Part shown: in pieces, positions 47,680-57,674 of the stretch
How the letters are laid out: each line of letters opens with the position of its first letter
Numbering within the stretch: the stretch's first letter is position 1
Assembly (NCBI GenBank): GCA_050014195.1
Contig: JBEKDT010000014.1
Coordinates: 1 to 64,000 of the forward strand
Direction of reading: 5' to 3'
Length of the DNA: 64,000 bases
DNA from: Desulfomonilia bacterium
Lineage (GTDB): Bacteria > Desulfobacterota > Desulfomonilia > UBA1062
Notes under the pieces: generated by a model
Seen by the model: the letters and a program-made list of their open reading frames with translations, nothing else
Told to the model about the DNA's origin: nothing
The model's database searches: none
Translations under genes and position numbers: made by a program

Positions 47680-49317
47680 TTACCGGTCACATCGAGGTGG
47701 ACTGCAGGGCCCTGCCTCCACGGGTTTCGACCACAACATGTTCATAACGCGGCCGAGCATGGTTTTCATGTCGGCAGGCACAAAGCACAGGCCATACAGG
47801 GATCGGAAGCGTGATATCTTTGCCCCGTTGTAGGGGTGCCATACCCAGAACCTGTCCCAGAGGATCCTGGGAATGGGCATGGTGTTGTAGTTCACATGAC
47901 AGGCAAGGCAAAGGTCTTTGAGTCCCTCGTCGGAATGTACCCTGCCCAGGCCGCTTGCCTTGAATCCTTGCCACGGCGTCTCGGGGAATCCGTGGGTGAT
48001 GATGGTCTCGTTCACCATGACCGTACCTGCCTCGAGCTGTTCCGCGATGCGCCTCCCCTTGCGTGTGTTTCTCGTGAACACATAGGCACAAAGGCCATAG
48101 ATGCTTTCGTTTGCAGCCCTGATAGCCTCCTCATCGCTGTGGACCCTCATAACAGGGAGCAGGGGGCCGAAGGTCTCCTCGGCGATTACCTCCATGTCCG
48201 GGGTCACATCCAACAACACGGTGGGCTCGAAGAACCGGCCTTCGATAGGCAGACACCGGCCGCCGGTCAGGATCTTCGCCCCCTTGGAGACGGCGTCTTG
48301 AATCTGCCTTTGAACGATGAGAACCTGCTCTTCACTTGTCATGGCCCCGAGGTCCGTGGAGCAATTCTCCAGCGGGTGGCCCTGTCTGAGCCTTTTTGTC
48401 AGGCGAACCACCTCTTTCACAAAAGCATCGTAGATGTCCGTGTGAGCATAAACCCGCTCCACCGATGCGCAAATCTGCCCCGAATTGCCGAAGGCGCCCA
48501 TAACCACCGACCTGGCGGCAAGGGCGATATCGGCGTCCGTACAGATGATCGCCGGGTCCTTGCCTCCGAGTTCCATGGAGCAGGGTATGAGGTGTTGCCC
48601 GCACACCGAGGCAACCACCCTGCCGATCTCGGTGGAGCCGGTGAAGTTGACGAAGCCGATGAGGCCGGAGCCCTTTTCGATGACCTCCTGAGCCATCCTT
48701 CCCGGGCCGGAGACGACCTGAAAGAGTTTGGGATCGAGGCCTGCCTCATCGAAGAGCGCGCGCATCTTGTAGGCGATGAGCGGGGTGAGCGATGCGGGTT
48801 TGAGAAGTACCCCGTTGCCTGCCAGGAGGTTCATGACAACGGCCCCGGCAGGTATGGTGAACGGGAAGTTCCACGGTGAGATGATGAAGGTAACGCCCCG
48901 GGGACGATAATGGATGTAGCTCGTACGATTCTTGAAGATCCACAGGGGAAGAGGTTCGGTTTTGAGGATCTTCTTCGCCCGACGGGCAAAGTAAGCGGCC
49001 AGGTGGATGACGGTGAACACCTCATGGGTATAAGATTCGTAGAGGGGCTTCCCGTTCTCGGCGCTCAGAAGGCGCGCCACCTCATCGGAGCGGTCAAGAA
49101 GTATCCTGGCGAAGTCCTTTATAACACGGCAACGTTCCTCAATGGGTACAAGGGCCCACTTTTTCTGAGCGGCATGAACCTCGTGGAGGGCCTTCAGGGC
49201 ATCTTCTACACTGCATACGGGTACTTCTCCGATCTTCTTTCCATCTGCCGGGCCGAATACGGCGGTAACCTTCCGGGAGGTCGAGGGGCTTCCTTTGTCC
49301 ATGGTATAATCAAGCAT
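47680..49317 (-). CDS. Aldehyde dehydrogenase
   Basis: PWNFP, FTGST, MELGGKD, GQICAS, EETFGP; C-terminal extension. Confidence 0.92.
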   Translation of the reverse strand: MLDYTMDKGSPSTSRKVTAVFGPADGKKIGEVPVCSVEDALKALHEVHAAQKKWALVPIEERCRVIKDFARILLDRSDEVARLLSAENGKPLYESYTHEVFTVIHLAAYFARRAKKILKTEPLPLWIFKNRTSYIHYRPRGVTFIISPWNFPFTIPAGAVVMNLLAGNGVLLKPASLTPLIAYKMRALFDEAGLDPKLFQVVSGPGRMAQEVIEKGSGLIGFVNFTGSTEIGRVVASVCGQHLIPCSMELGGKDPAIICTDADIALAARSVVMGAFGNSGQICASVERVYAHTDIYDAFVKEVVRLTKRLRQGHPLENCSTDLGAMTSEEQVLIVQRQIQDAVSKGAKILTGGRCLPIEGRFFEPTVLLDVTPDMEVIAEETFGPLLPVMRVHSDEEAIRAANESIYGLCAYVFTRNTRKGRRIAEQLEAGTVMVNETIITHGFPETPWQGFKASGLGRVHSDEGLKDLCLACHVNYNTMPIPRILWDRFWVWHPYNGAKISRFRSLYGLCFVPADMKTMLGRVMNMLWSKPVEAGPCSPPRCDR

Positions 49318-49374
49318 GATCTTTTTCCTTTCCTTTCTCGTTAACCCAGCTTGCTATCTTTGAGACAGAATCCC

Positions 49375-50874
49375 TCAGTCATTGAACAGGTAGTCGTACC
49401 AGAACTTCTTTGAGCGGTCGATGTTCAGGTCCACGTGTATGTGCTTGATCTGGGTGAATTCCAGCAGGCCCTGGGGCCCCAGCTCCCTGCCGACGCCCGA
49501 CTGCTTATAGCCGCCGAATGGTGCCAGGGGGTTGAGCAGGTGGTAGTCGTTTATCCACACCGTGCCGGTGCGGATCTGCTTGGCCACCTCGATGGCCCAG
49601 GGGATGTCACGTGAGAAGACCGCACCCCCGAGCCCGTAGATGGAATCGTTGGCCATGGTTATGGCCTCCTCGGTGCTGCGGTATTTGATCACGGACAGGA
49701 CCGGTCCGAAGATCTCTTCGCGGGCAATGGCCATATCATTGCGCACTCCTTCGAATATGGTGGGCTCAACGTAGTATCCCTTGGAGAGGTGTCCGGGCTG
49801 TTTCTCGCCAATGGAGCATTTTGCACCCTCTTTCTTGCCTGTCTCAATATAGCGCAGAACCGTTTTGTGCTGAGCCTTGGAGATGACCGGGCCCATGGTG
49901 GTCTCGGGGTCCATGGGGTCGCCGACCTTGATGTGAGTGACCCGCTCCTTTACCCGCTCCATGAACTCGTCATAGATCGACTCCTGGACAAAGCACCGGG
50001 TGCCTGACTCGCAGACCTGGCCCACATGGAAGAAGGTTCCGAACAGGGCTCCGTCAACAGCGAGATTGAGGTCCGCATCCTCCAGGATGATAGTGGGGCT
50101 CTTGCCGCCCAGCTCCAGGGTCACCTTCTTGATGGTGTCTGCGGCCAGCTTCATCACCTGACGGCCTGTCTCCGTGGAGCCGGTAAGGGCGACCTTGTCC
50201 ACTTTTGGGTTGGTGCAGAGCTCCTCACCAATGACCGAGCCGGGGCCGGTAACAAGGTTGAAAACACCCGGGGGAATATCACACTCAGCGATAATTTTTG
50301 CCAGCTCAAGGGCGGACAGAGGCGTGTCGGAAGCCGGTTTCAGCACAAGGCTGTTGCCCATGATAAGTGACGGTGCGGTTTTCCAGACTGCCATAAGGAG
50401 TGGAAAGTTCCAGGGGATGATGCCGGCACAGACGCCGATGGGCTCCCTGTGGACAAAGTTCCAGGAGGTGTACGGAAGGTCAATCCACGGCAGCGGTTCG
50501 TAGCATGATATTCGCTCTCCAAGCTCCACAAGGGTGCGGAAATGCTCGATGCTGAAGGGCAGGTCCATGAGTGATGCCTTCCGGAATGTAGCGCCCGAGT
50601 CCATGGACTCAATGGTGGCGATCTCGGTGGTGCGCTCGGCCAGCTTCTCCGCCACCTTCATGAGAATCTGGGCGCGCTCTTTTACCTTCATCCTGCTCCA
50701 GACCCCGGAATCGAACGATCTGCGGGCCGCATCAATGGCCTTTTTCGCATCGTTCCTGGTACCCACCGGGACAAGGGCGATTGCGTCCTCGGTGGCCGGG
50801 TTATAGGTAGGCCTGGTCTCACCCGTCTCTGCATCAACAAACTTGCCGTCAATGAACATCCGGTATTTCTCCAT
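49375..50874 (-). CDS. Aldehyde dehydrogenase
   Basis: PWNFP, LELGGKS, GQVCESG, EEIFGPV, PFGGYKQSG; RBS gagggg. Confidence 0.93.
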   Translation of the reverse strand: MEKYRMFIDGKFVDAETGETRPTYNPATEDAIALVPVGTRNDAKKAIDAARRSFDSGVWSRMKVKERAQILMKVAEKLAERTTEIATIESMDSGATFRKASLMDLPFSIEHFRTLVELGERISCYEPLPWIDLPYTSWNFVHREPIGVCAGIIPWNFPLLMAVWKTAPSLIMGNSLVLKPASDTPLSALELAKIIAECDIPPGVFNLVTGPGSVIGEELCTNPKVDKVALTGSTETGRQVMKLAADTIKKVTLELGGKSPTIILEDADLNLAVDGALFGTFFHVGQVCESGTRCFVQESIYDEFMERVKERVTHIKVGDPMDPETTMGPVISKAQHKTVLRYIETGKKEGAKCSIGEKQPGHLSKGYYVEPTIFEGVRNDMAIAREEIFGPVLSVIKYRSTEEAITMANDSIYGLGGAVFSRDIPWAIEVAKQIRTGTVWINDYHLLNPLAPFGGYKQSGVGRELGPQGLLEFTQIKHIHVDLNIDRSKKFWYDYLFND

Positions 50875-51058
50875 ACAACCCCCCTCATCATACGGATTAG
50901 GCAGATCGAGGAAATTAACACGTTTAATATGTATTAAAAAGCATATTAATACGAAAACCGATCCTTATCAATAGAGAGTGAATCGAAAATGGTGTCAGGA
51001 CAGATGGTATGGTTTTGTAGCAGATTATATTACAGCAAACTCTAAAAGAGAGAGTCAG

Positions 51059-51154
51059 GAATGCAATGCCGACTGGCTCACCAACCCGGTATTCGACCCG
51101 TTCACCCAGACTGCAGAATACAAGGCTTGTGCAGTGGCCGTCGAGAAGATCTGA
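51059..51154 (+). pseudogene. 3' remnant of a formate dehydrogenase alpha / molybdopterin oxidoreductase gene
   Basis: ECNADWLTNPVFDPFTQTAEYKACAVAVEKI* matches the FdhA/FdhF-type terminus 'aN.LT....DP....pEyK.cAv.vek'; upstream sequence is not homologous. Confidence 0.75.
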
Positions 51155-51159
51155 AGTCT

Positions 51160-51184
51160 GTTGGGGGAGACGATTTCCCCCAAC
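51160..51184 (+). terminator. Hairpin following the fdh remnant
   Basis: gttgggggag-acgat-ttcccccaac. Confidence 0.5.
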
Positions 51185-51281
51185 GCCCTTCGCTTGTGTT
51201 AAATCTTCCAGAAATATTGGTATAAGGAAACTACCGCTGTTTTTATTCCGTGAACTGACCATGGTTGCTTGCGGCAGAGAA

Positions 51282-51299
51282 TATGTTAAAGTTAACATA
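51282..51299 (+). promoter_or_regulatory. Palindromic candidate operator upstream of modA
   Basis: tatgttaa-ag-ttaacata perfect inverted repeat 23 nt before the modA start. Confidence 0.45.
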
Positions 51300-51322
51300 A
51301 AACAAATAAAGGGACATCCATT

Positions 51323-52066
51323 ATGAAGATCCGGGCAATCATCTTTGTATTTTGTATTATTTTTGGTTTTGCATTTAGTGCTTCTGCCCAGGACAAGATC
51401 ACGGTGGCGGTTGCGGCGAATTTCATCGAGCCGTTCAAGGAGATAGCCGTGCTGTTCGAGACGAATACCCACATCCGCCCAGAGCCGACATTCTCTTCAA
51501 CCGGAAAGCTCTTTGCACAGATCAATGAAGGTGCACCTTACGATGTGTTCCTCTCTGCGGATGAGAAGAGGCCGGAGGAGCTTTATCAGAAGGGGCTTTC
51601 AGGGAAACCCTTTGTTTATGCAAAGGGTGAGGTCGTGCTGTGGACCGCACGGAAAGACCTTTGTGATGCAGGTGAGTGGAAGGCGATACTCGTGAGATCC
51701 GATGTGAAAAAGATCGCCATTGCCAACATTGAGACAGCGCCCTATGGCACTGCATCCATGATGGCCTTGAAGGATGCCGGTCTATGGGACAGCCTGCAGG
51801 GAAAATTCGTCTTTCCCCAGGACATTGCCCAGGCCTTTCAGTATGCCTCTACCGGAAGTGTGGATGCAGGGTTCTGCGCCCTTTCTTCCGCTCTTTCACA
51901 GCAGGGCAAGGCCGGGTGTTACCTTGTGGTGAAGGAAGCGCCTGGTGTTGTCCAGGCCGCATGCGTGCTGGGTAGGACAGGACAGAGAGCGGCTGCCGGG
52001 AAGTTTGCCGCATTCCTCCTCTCTCCAGAGGCGGAAACGGTGAAGAAGAAATACGGGTACAAGTAG
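51323..52066 (+). CDS. modA: Molybdate ABC transporter substrate-binding protein
   Basis: Signal peptide, VAVAAN, STGKL.AQI..GAPYDVFLSAD, APYG. Confidence 0.93.
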   Translation: MKIRAIIFVFCIIFGFAFSASAQDKITVAVAANFIEPFKEIAVLFETNTHIRPEPTFSSTGKLFAQINEGAPYDVFLSADEKRPEELYQKGLSGKPFVYAKGEVVLWTARKDLCDAGEWKAILVRSDVKKIAIANIETAPYGTASMMALKDAGLWDSLQGKFVFPQDIAQAFQYASTGSVDAGFCALSSALSQQGKAGCYLVVKEAPGVVQAACVLGRTGQRAAAGKFAAFLLSPEAETVKKKYGYK

Positions 52067-52068
52067 GG

Positions 52069-52734
52069 ATGGACCTCGTCGCGTTATCTCTCTCCATCAA
52101 GCTTGCCGTGGTGAGCACGATCGTATTGATCATCATCGCGGCCCCGCTTTCCTATTCGCTTGTGTTTCATCGTATCCCGGGAAGATCCTTCGTGGAGGCG
52201 CTCATCAACCTCCCCATCGTACTCCCGCCGACAGTGCTGGGTTTTTACCTCCTCGTGGCCATGGGCCCGAAGGGAGGCATCGGCTCTGCGTGGGAGGGGG
52301 TATTCGGATCTCCCCTCTTGTTTACCTTCACCGGAATCGTTATCGCTTCTATCATCTACAGCCTGCCCTTTGCCGTTGCCCCCATGAAAGCTTCCTTTGC
52401 CAGGATGGAACCACGCCTTGTGGAAAATGCACAGGTGCTTGGGCTTTCCCCTGTTGCGATCTTCTTCAGGGTGATTCTCCCAAACTCTTTAGCCGGGATT
52501 GCGGCTTCAGCCATCCTTGTCTTTTTGCATACCATCGGCGAGTTCGGGGTGATCCTCATGGTGGGCGGCAGTATCCCGGGCAAGACCAAGGTGGCATCCA
52601 TCGCCATCTATGAAGCCGTAGAGGCATTGCGGTATCAGGATGCCTGGCTGATGTCCATCACACTTGTCCCTGTGTGCTTTGTGTTTCTGCTCATGGTGAA
52701 CCGGCTCACACCCGAGGTGCGCCATGGGGCTTGA
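52069..52734 (+). CDS. modB: Molybdate ABC transporter permease
   Basis: LPIVLPPTVLGFYLL, GEFG...M.GG.IPG.T. Confidence 0.94.
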   Translation: MDLVALSLSIKLAVVSTIVLIIIAAPLSYSLVFHRIPGRSFVEALINLPIVLPPTVLGFYLLVAMGPKGGIGSAWEGVFGSPLLFTFTGIVIASIIYSLPFAVAPMKASFARMEPRLVENAQVLGLSPVAIFFRVILPNSLAGIAASAILVFLHTIGEFGVILMVGGSIPGKTKVASIAIYEAVEALRYQDAWLMSITLVPVCFVFLLMVNRLTPEVRHGA

Positions 52735-53485
52735 TGTCCGGATAAAGAAGAGGCTCAAGGACCTTGAGCTCAATGTAATGTTCTCCTGCGAGGACGGGAG
52801 GCTGCTCGCCATCGTAGGCCCCTCGGGCGCAGGGAAAACCACCATCATACGCATACTGGCCGGCCTCCAGAAACCGGACCAGGGCCTCATTATCTGTAAA
52901 GAAGAGATATGGGCCAGCACGAAAGATAAGATCCATGTGCCTGCCAGGAAGAGGGGAATCGGATATGTATTTCAGGAATTCACCCTGTTCCCTCATCTGA
53001 GTGTCTATAAAAACGTGGCCTTTGCCGCAAAGGACGGGCAGAGAGTGGATGATCTCTTAAGGCTGTTCGATATCTGGCACATCAGGGACAGCAAACCACA
53101 TAAGATTTCAGGCGGGGAACGCCAGCGGTGCGCCATATGCCAGGCCTTAGCCCGATCACCAAAAGTCTTGCTCTTGGACGAGCCGTTTTCAGCCCTTGAT
53201 GCGCTGACCCGAAGGAAGCTCCGCGAGATGGTAAAGACCCTGAAAAATGAACTCCATATCCCCATCATTCATGTGACCCATGACATCCGGGAGGCCCTTT
53301 TCCTGGCCGATGACATCCTGCCGGTAGTACGGGGCAGGGTAGAGAGCAAGTGGATGCTGCAGTTCATGCTCATGTCCAGGGAGGTCGGCCGGTGTCTTGG
53401 CCACGGCATCGGTGCCGGAAATAATGAAGAAGAGGAAATCGAGCTATCTATTGCCACGAATGCTACGAAGGAGTCCATGCGATGA
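52724..53485 (+). CDS. modC: Molybdate ABC transporter ATPase (no TOBE domain)
   Basis: GPSGAGKTT, ISGGERQR, LLLDEP, VTHD; follows modB. Confidence 0.88.
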   Translation: MGLDVRIKKRLKDLELNVMFSCEDGRLLAIVGPSGAGKTTIIRILAGLQKPDQGLIICKEEIWASTKDKIHVPARKRGIGYVFQEFTLFPHLSVYKNVAFAAKDGQRVDDLLRLFDIWHIRDSKPHKISGGERQRCAICQALARSPKVLLLDEPFSALDALTRRKLREMVKTLKNELHIPIIHVTHDIREALFLADDILPVVRGRVESKWMLQFMLMSREVGRCLGHGIGAGNNEEEEIELSIATNATKESMR

Positions 53486-54120
53486 ATATCGGACCCTATT
53501 CCATTGAAGACTACATGCACTTGGTCAAATCATTTCACGGCAACATTGCGCCCGGGCTCATCATCGGCGGGTTTATGGCGGACCTGGCCATGAAAAATAT
53601 CCCGGACGGGGTCCTGTTCGATGCCATCAGCGAGACCCAGACCTGCCTGCCGGATGCCATCCAGCTGCTGACACCCTGTACTATTGGAAACGGCTGGCTC
53701 AAGGTCATGGACTTCGGCCGTTATGCCCTGTGCCTGTATGACAAAAACCAGGGGAAAGGGGTACGGGTGTTTCTCGATACGGAAAAGCTCAAGGGCTGGC
53801 CGGAGATCAATACCTGGTTCTTCAAACTCAAGCCCAAAAAGGAGCAGGACCCGATCATCCTCAGGGACCGGATCATCGATGCAGGCCCGGACATCCTTAC
53901 TGTTCAACATGTCACGGTGGACAACGCTTTTCTTGGCAAGAAGGGTAAGGGGGCCATTGGGACGTGCCCTTCGTGCGGTGAGGCATACCCGGCCAAGGAC
54001 GGTACTGTCTGCCTTGCCTGCCAGGGAGGCAGCCCGTATTGCAGCGATCCTCTTGGCCAGGCACAGGATTACAGACCGACTCTTGCGGTTGTTCCCGCGG
54101 TGAAGCCGGATAAAGTATGA
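53482..54120 (+). CDS. FmdE-family protein with C-terminal zinc finger
   Basis: FHG..APG...G, CLPDAIQLLTPCTIGNG, CPSCGE...CLAC. Confidence 0.85.
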   Translation: MNIGPYSIEDYMHLVKSFHGNIAPGLIIGGFMADLAMKNIPDGVLFDAISETQTCLPDAIQLLTPCTIGNGWLKVMDFGRYALCLYDKNQGKGVRVFLDTEKLKGWPEINTWFFKLKPKKEQDPIILRDRIIDAGPDILTVQHVTVDNAFLGKKGKGAIGTCPSCGEAYPAKDGTVCLACQGGSPYCSDPLGQAQDYRPTLAVVPAVKPDKV

Positions 54121-54358
54121 ACTCAGAGCAGATGCTTAAGGAGGTAATGAAAGCAGCAGGCCCCAGGCCCATACAGATCAACACCGGTCATGTCTGATTG
54201 TTTCCCATGGCAGATAAGACACCTTCAAAAAACTCCCTGCCCCTGTATCCCACTTACCTTTCTTCGCATAATCGAGTATTGTAGTGTGACAAAAAGGCTT
54301 CGATCCGGAATACCAGGCCTGGTCTTATCCGTATATTTAGGAACAAGGGAGGTATATC

Positions 54359-54631
54359 ATGAAGCCCAATGTCATCATCATCAACACACAGGATAATGTT
54401 GCAGTGGCCCTGGAAGACATCCCTGAAGGAGGAATTGTGACCCTGCCCGGAGGGGGTGAGTTCACGGCGCTCGAAAGGATCCCTTACAGCCACAAGGTGG
54501 CGTTAACGGATATTAAGCCAGGCATGGCAGTACATAAATACGGTGAGACGATCGGGTATGCCTTGGGAGATATCAAAAAAGGCGCATGGGTCCACACACA
54601 CAATCTCACCATCGATGGGGTAATGGTATGA
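54359..54631 (+). CDS. UxaA-family dehydratase small (SAF) subunit
   Basis: DNVAVAL, IP..HKVAL, KYGE.IG, G.WVHTHN. Confidence 0.9.
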   Translation: MKPNVIIINTQDNVAVALEDIPEGGIVTLPGGGEFTALERIPYSHKVALTDIKPGMAVHKYGETIGYALGDIKKGAWVHTHNLTIDGVMV

Positions 54632-55791
54632 AGCGTGATACCGTTCAAGGCTATGTCCGGCCCGATGGCTCGATCGGCATCAGGAACTACGTTGCTGTTA
54701 TCCCTACGGTGGCGTGTGCGAATGGCGTGGCGGACATGATCGGACGGGAGGTTAAGGGAACGGTCCCCCTCCTGCACGGCCACGGATGCGGTCGTGCTCT
54801 CGAGATAGGCATGCAGACAAATACCCTTGCAGGCCTGGGTAAGAACCCCAATGTCTCGGGCGCCATTGTCATCGGCCTCGGGTGCGAGACCATCAGCGCC
54901 GAGGCCGTTGCGTCCGAGATCGCAAAGACTCTCAAGCCTGTTGAGTTTTTCCTTATCCAGAACGAGGGCGGATCGCGCAAGACAGCGGTCAAGGGCATCC
55001 GGTCCGCAAAGAAGATGGTGGATGATGCATCCGGCATGAAGCGGGTCGAATGCCCTCTGGAGTCCATCACCATGGGGCTCGAGTGCGGGGGGTCGGATGC
55101 CTTCTCGGGCGTCACGGCAAACCCTGCTGTGGGGCTCGTATCCGACTGGCTGGTGGATGCCGGTGGTACGGTGATACTGACGGAGAACACCGAGATGATC
55201 GGAACCTCCCACATCCTCTCGAAGAGGGCAAAGACCCCGGAGGTGGGCCAGAGGATCGTGCAGATCATCGAGACTGCGGAAAAGCGCACCAAGGATATCT
55301 TAGGACCGCTGGCCTCCTATGTTATAGCGCCCGGCAACATGGACGGCGGCATGAGCTCCATCCAGGAGAAATCACTGGGGTGTATCTGCAAGGCAGGAAG
55401 CCGCCCCATCAATGGGGTAGTGGAGTACGGTCGGAATCCAAATGACAAAGGACTCGTCATCCTGGACGGCCCGGGTTATGATATGGAATCCATGGCAGGC
55501 CTCGGTGCGGCAGGCTGCCAGCTCATTATCTTCACTACGGGAAGAGGGACACCCGCTGGTTTTCCCATCATACCGGTCATCAAGGTATCGAGTACGACCA
55601 GGCTCTTCCTCGCCATGGAGGATGATATCGACGTGAATGCGGGCGCCGTGCTCGAAGGTGTGACCCTGGAGCGGATTGCAGAGGAGATCATCGACCTGTC
55701 CATCGATGTGATAAACGGCAGGAAATCAAAGGCGGAGCTGAACCGGCAGGGTGGCATCTTATGCCTTTATGCCGCTACTCCTGCTTTCTGA
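54628..55791 (+). CDS. UxaA-family dehydratase/lyase large subunit
   Basis: GY.RPDG..GIRN, GLGCE, CGGSD..SG.TANP, EKSLG, FTTGRG; ATGA overlap with the small subunit. Confidence 0.9.
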   Translation: MKRDTVQGYVRPDGSIGIRNYVAVIPTVACANGVADMIGREVKGTVPLLHGHGCGRALEIGMQTNTLAGLGKNPNVSGAIVIGLGCETISAEAVASEIAKTLKPVEFFLIQNEGGSRKTAVKGIRSAKKMVDDASGMKRVECPLESITMGLECGGSDAFSGVTANPAVGLVSDWLVDAGGTVILTENTEMIGTSHILSKRAKTPEVGQRIVQIIETAEKRTKDILGPLASYVIAPGNMDGGMSSIQEKSLGCICKAGSRPINGVVEYGRNPNDKGLVILDGPGYDMESMAGLGAAGCQLIIFTTGRGTPAGFPIIPVIKVSSTTRLFLAMEDDIDVNAGAVLEGVTLERIAEEIIDLSIDVINGRKSKAELNRQGGILCLYAATPAF

Positions 55792-55838
55792 TTATAATAG
55801 GTTAAGTTATTCTCATCAGGTAAAAACATGGGGGGAAT

Positions 55839-57674
55839 ATGGCTCGAAAAAGCAGTATGGCAGGCAAGCATCTCTCGATGGAGAAACAGGTCGGGCGAAG
55901 GTCGTTTATAAAAAAGATGACAGCACTCCTTGGAGGGATAACCTTCATGAGCTGGGGGTTGTTTCCCCTGAGAATCATGGGCACTACTTTACCCGCCGGG
56001 GACTCGGCAAACAATCGAGAGAAACTTATCTTCATTGCCATCGATGCCCTTAACCCGAAATATTTAGAGCTCGATGCCAAGGGATTCCCGGGAGGTAGCG
56101 AAGGAAATTGGCTCATGCCCAATATCCGTGCATTCATAAAAAAATCATTGTGGTACAGGAATGCAAAATCCTTTCTCCCTGCCGCCACGGATATGAACCA
56201 CCTCAATGCCCTGGCAGGGACGTCTTCGGCACAGACCGGGATCATCAGTGTATGGGCCCAGCCAACCGGATGGGACGAGAGCGGTGAGGCTGTCATACAA
56301 CGTACAAGCATGTCATTTGCAAGGGATGATAAAGGCAGGCCCGTTGATACCCTCTTCCATGCCTGGAAGAGGCGCCGGCCAGGCTCCAGGACACTTCTCA
56401 TCACAGGCAAGGAATGGGTGGGCGAGATGTTCCGCGATAATCCGGCCGGTTCGGGCATCGATATCCTGGTGACCGGGGTGAACCATCCCGACTATCTTAA
56501 GCAACCACACCCCGAAAGCTTCGCCCATCCGGCCACAGACAAGAATGCGGCCTGTGATCCTGCATCAACACACCTCGGGTACTTCGGGGGGTCTATGAGG
56601 ACGAGCGATGTCATGACCCGGCTTTATACAGGCCAAGGGAGCCTCCTGACATGGCAGATGGAGCATTTCTCCAACCATTTTCCCCATGACAGGTGGATTG
56701 TGGATTCGACCCTTGAGATATTCAGGCGTGAGAATCCTGACATGGCCTACATTCTTCTTGCCCAGTGCGATGATGCAGGGCACTGCATCGGATGTGCATC
56801 AGATCCGTCGGAATTCATAAACGCATCGGAGGCGTATGAACCGCCCGAAGGGTGCGAGAACAAGCCCGAATATCAGCTGGTAAGCATGAGGAACAAGCTC
56901 TTGTACCGAGAGGCGGCCTTAAATGTCATCCGCGATGTAGACATCCAGTTCGGCCGTCTTATCGATGGCCTGGAGAAACAGGGTGTGCTCGGTCATGCAA
57001 GGATCATTCTTTTGAGCGACCATTCTGCAGTGAACCACCTTTATACCGAAGACTTCTCATCTACCGATTGCATGGGCCTATTAGAGAATGCAGGGATAGT
57101 GGAGAAGAGAGGGATCCTGGAGAAGAAGACAGTCTATGCCTTCAGCGTGAGCAGCTACGGGGTTCTGTACTGGCGCGTCAACAAGGATCGTGTACCCAAA
57201 GCAAAGGCCTTTCTCCGGGCTCACAGGGTATTGAACCCCCAGACCGGGGTCAAGGAGTGCCCGTGGTGGGTACTGGACCGTACCGACATGAAGAACGGCA
57301 TCGAAGGCGTATGCCTTCCGGGAGAGCTCTATCATACCTATTATGTTGACGTTGACAGGGAAAAGACCGTTATATGGCCCGACCTCATCATCTTTGCGAA
57401 AAACGGCTGGCAGATACCGGTGTATAACGGCCAGATCCCCAATGTGGGCATCAAGGCGCCGACATGGTCACCTCCGTGGCGGGTGTACAACGGAGGCCAC
57501 GGCTCGGTGGATACGCTTCCCATCGTTGCCGCAATATCAGTGCCCGGCGGCAAGACAGGCATACAAGACAGGCCCATCCTTATTGCCGATCTGGCCGTTA
57601 CGGCCGCTTCTCTCTTTGGTTTAGAATTGAAGAGCACTACGATCGGAAAGGATCTGAGCAGAGACCTTCTCTGA
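55839..57674 (+). CDS. Tat-exported alkaline-phosphatase-superfamily (nucleotide pyrophosphatase/phosphodiesterase) protein
   Basis: GRRSFIKK Tat motif, IAIDA, ATDMNH (Thr nucleophile), DDAGH, LSDH, GGHG. Confidence 0.8.
   Translation: MARKSSMAGKHLSMEKQVGRRSFIKKMTALLGGITFMSWGLFPLRIMGTTLPAGDSANNREKLIFIAIDALNPKYLELDAKGFPGGSEGNWLMPNIRAFIKKSLWYRNAKSFLPAATDMNHLNALAGTSSAQTGIISVWAQPTGWDESGEAVIQRTSMSFARDDKGRPVDTLFHAWKRRRPGSRTLLITGKEWVGEMFRDNPAGSGIDILVTGVNHPDYLKQPHPESFAHPATDKNAACDPASTHLGYFGGSMRTSDVMTRLYTGQGSLLTWQMEHFSNHFPHDRWIVDSTLEIFRRENPDMAYILLAQCDDAGHCIGCASDPSEFINASEAYEPPEGCENKPEYQLVSMRNKLLYREAALNVIRDVDIQFGRLIDGLEKQGVLGHARIILLSDHSAVNHLYTEDFSSTDCMGLLENAGIVEKRGILEKKTVYAFSVSSYGVLYWRVNKDRVPKAKAFLRAHRVLNPQTGVKECPWWVLDRTDMKNGIEGVCLPGELYHTYYVDVDREKTVIWPDLIIFAKNGWQIPVYNGQIPNVGIKAPTWSPPWRVYNGGHGSVDTLPIVAAISVPGGKTGIQDRPILIADLAVTAASLFGLELKSTTIGKDLSRDLL

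Noticed and set aside
50930-51320. Moco/Tuco riboswitch upstream of modA
   Set aside because: I could not recognise the motif; the GC-richer part is explained by the fdh remnant and its hairpin.
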